This document shows, in pieces, positions 61,810 through 64,000 of a stretch of DNA of 64,000 bases. A model generated the notes under the pieces. It searched no databases, had not been told where the DNA came from, and worked only from the letters and a program-made list of their open reading frames with translations. Every line of letters starts with the position of its first letter. The stretch's first letter is position 1. This DNA comes from a virus: positions 64,001 to 128,000 of the IMG/VR virus record IMGVR_UViG_3300020183_000007, one strand, 5' to 3'. The translations under genes and the position numbers were made by a program.

Positions 61810-63483
61810 ATGTTGCAACTTAGACCATATCAGCAAGAAGCATTGAATTCTATTGTTTCTTTTGCTGATAAAGGAATAGTTCGTCAGCTTGTTGTTCTTC
61901 CTACTGGTTCAGGTAAAACTGTTATCTTTTCCCATCTTCCGCAGTTCAAACAAAAAAGCCTCCCTATGCTTGTTTTGGCCCATAGAGAAGAGCTTCTTCA
62001 CCAAGCTAAAGATAAAATAGCCTGGTCCAATCCTGATATTTCTATTGAAATTGAACAAGGTGATAATCATGCGGGATACTCCGATGTCGTTATAGCTAGT
62101 GTGCCTACTCTTGGTAGATCTCAGTCTACGCGCATAGAAAAATATTCTAGAGATTATTTTAAATCTATAATTATTGATGAAGCTCATCACGCTGCAGCTC
62201 CATCGTATAGACGTATTATAGATTATTTTTCTCCAGAATTTATTCTTGGTGTAACTGCTACGCCTCAGCGTAGTGACAATGTTAGGCTTACCGATATTTT
62301 TCATGAAATAGTTTATTATAAAACTATTCAAGATTTAATTGAAGACGGATACCTATCTCCTTTGATAGGATATAGAGTCCAAACCCAAACAGATATTTCA
62401 GGAGTAGAAACAAATGACGGAGACTACGTTCAATCCCAACTTCAAGATGTTATTGATAATCCTAATCGTAATGCTACCATTGTTGCTGCTTATAATGATT
62501 TGGTTCCTAATGCGAAAGCCATTGTTTTCGCTGCCGGCATTCAGCACGCAAACAACCTGGCCTTATCCTTTGGGCAAGCGAAAATAGCTACAGAGGTAAT
62601 CTTAGGTGATACTGACTCAGATGCTCGTAGAGATATTTTGGCGCGTTTTGCTAGCGGTCAAACACGTGTTCTCATCAATGTCGGCGTACTTACGGAAGGA
62701 TTCGACGAACCTTCCGTAGAAGCAATTTTACTTGCTAGACCTACCCGCTCTACATTGTTGTATACTCAAATTGTAGGCAGAGGTACTAGAATTTATGAAG
62801 GAAAACCACATTGTGCAATTTTAGATTTCGCTGATACCACGAGGGGCAAAAAACCAATTGGTTTACCTTCCCTCCTCGGTCTTCCACCAGATTTTGATCT
62901 ACAAGGTCAATCTCTTACAGATGTTGCAACTAAATATAAAGAGCTTGAAGATTATTGCCCTGGTGAAGCTGTACGTGTTTTATATCCTAATGATATAGAA
63001 CTTGCGTATAAACGCATTGATCTTTTTATGCCACCTCCTCCCAATGAGTTTGTTCAACAATATTCTAAATTTGTTTGGGCTGAAGTAGCAGAAAATGATT
63101 ATCATCTTGGTGTAGATAATTATAATTCTCTCAGAATTTATATTGATACATTAGGTAGGTGGACTGTTGAGCATAGACTTCGTAATTCTCATGAATTGAA
63201 AGTAACTCTTCTCGGTCACCCAGAAGATATGCGAGACGCTTTTGTTCGTAGTGACAAATGGATTATGAAAAGATTTGATACTAAACTCATTAATTCTGAT
63301 GCAGCCTGGAGATCTGATGGCCCAACTGATGCGCAAAGAAAACTTCTTAAGCGCATTGGTGTACCTATTACCTCAGATATGACTAAAGGCACAGCTTCTC
63401 AAATTATTAGTAAATATTATGAATCCAATCCTCGCCCTGCGTGGCTGAATAATAAAATCAAATATTCACGATCTAAGTGGTAA
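61810..63483 (+). CDS. SF2 (DEAH-type) helicase, Irc3/ResIII-like
   Basis: LRPYQQEA, LPTGSGKT, IIDEAHH, GVTATP, VLTEGFD, QIVGRGTR. Confidence 0.92.
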   Translation: MLQLRPYQQEALNSIVSFADKGIVRQLVVLPTGSGKTVIFSHLPQFKQKSLPMLVLAHREELLHQAKDKIAWSNPDISIEIEQGDNHAGYSDVVIASVPTLGRSQSTRIEKYSRDYFKSIIIDEAHHAAAPSYRRIIDYFSPEFILGVTATPQRSDNVRLTDIFHEIVYYKTIQDLIEDGYLSPLIGYRVQTQTDISGVETNDGDYVQSQLQDVIDNPNRNATIVAAYNDLVPNAKAIVFAAGIQHANNLALSFGQAKIATEVILGDTDSDARRDILARFASGQTRVLINVGVLTEGFDEPSVEAILLARPTRSTLLYTQIVGRGTRIYEGKPHCAILDFADTTRGKKPIGLPSLLGLPPDFDLQGQSLTDVATKYKELEDYCPGEAVRVLYPNDIELAYKRIDLFMPPPPNEFVQQYSKFVWAEVAENDYHLGVDNYNSLRIYIDTLGRWTVEHRLRNSHELKVTLLGHPEDMRDAFVRSDKWIMKRFDTKLINSDAAWRSDGPTDAQRKLLKRIGVPITSDMTKGTASQIISKYYESNPRPAWLNNKIKYSRSKW

Positions 63484-63492
63484 TCTGATATA

Positions 63493-63975
63493 ATGGAACC
63501 CATGTCAAAATCTGTAAATTATTATTCTCGTCAAGTAAAAAACCCTTATACTGATTATCATTTTATTGATGATACTCTCAGTAACAATGATATTTCTTTT
63601 TTATCTGCTACTACTAAGATTGCTACAACGTCCCAATATCGTTTCCGCATTGCTGCTATGATTGTCAAATCCGGTAGAGTATTGGGCGCTGATGTTAATG
63701 TTCCTAAAATATCACCAAGTACACCCCCTAACAGAGTGAGCACTCATGCGGAAATTCGCGTTCTCAAAAACACACGTAACGTACGAGGAGCGACTTTGTA
63801 TGTTGCTCGTTTACGTTCAGAGAATATTCCTGCTTTAGCAAGACCATGTTCTTGGTGCATGCAACAAATTGCTAAAGCAGGAATATCGCGAGTTGTTTTT
63901 ACAACCAATGATGGCGTAGGTTCTTCCTTTTATACCGATATGATTACTTGGAAGAATCTTTCTTATGATTCTTAA
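63493..63975 (+). CDS. Zn-dependent cytidine/dCMP deaminase-like protein
   Basis: HAE...PCSWC; likely start at ATG 63502 (leaderless, 7 nt after TGATATAAT). Confidence 0.85.
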   Translation: MEPMSKSVNYYSRQVKNPYTDYHFIDDTLSNNDISFLSATTKIATTSQYRFRIAAMIVKSGRVLGADVNVPKISPSTPPNRVSTHAEIRVLKNTRNVRGATLYVARLRSENIPALARPCSWCMQQIAKAGISRVVFTTNDGVGSSFYTDMITWKNLSYDS

Positions 63976-64000
63976 TCAACCTCATATTATGATTTCACCA

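Noticed and set aside
1-64000. Alternative genetic code or self-splicing interruptions
   Set aside because: Marker genes (terL, portal, MCP, recA, helicase) are full length in code 11 with no visible intein or intron.

Overview
64 kb fragment of a large tailed dsDNA phage (Caudoviricetes). The host is probably actinobacterial, inferred from GAAAGG(A)-type ribosome-binding sites, LysM and lytic-transglycosylase genes and a likely leaderless gene. (1) 1-27.4 kb is an AT-rich minus-strand virion module: tail fibres, major capsid protein, prohead protease/scaffold, glycosyltransferase, portal, TerL, putative internal/ejection proteins (one with a DEDDh exonuclease domain) and a Clp-type AAA+ ATPase. 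(2) 27.8-31.2 kb holds recA and a few genes. (3) About 31.5-44.9 kb is an abruptly GC-richer plus-strand island of mostly single-gene cassettes. They are separated by 16 copies of a terminator + TTTT-N5-TAGRC + 5' hairpin unit, with shared structured leaders and swapped payload ORFs. (4) 45-64 kb is a plus-strand accessory/replication region: a ~450 nt highly structured non-coding stretch, tRNA-Arg(UCU), a candidate single-subunit two-barrel (YonO/RdRP-like) RNA polymerase, a TIGR-Tas-like system (nuclease-less Nop-domain protein, an 11 x 37 bp dual-repeat array and an orphan unit 3.4 kb away), 2OG-Fe(II) oxygenase, ParB-like protein, SF2 helicase and deaminase. The most unusual RNA signals are three non-canonical tRNA-like elements: an anticodon-less tRNA, a tmRNA tRNA-like domain with no mRNA domain, and a 5/7-bp variant. 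The latter two lie directly downstream of the same covarying H-type pseudoknot. All protein calls come from motif recognition by eye; no database search was run.
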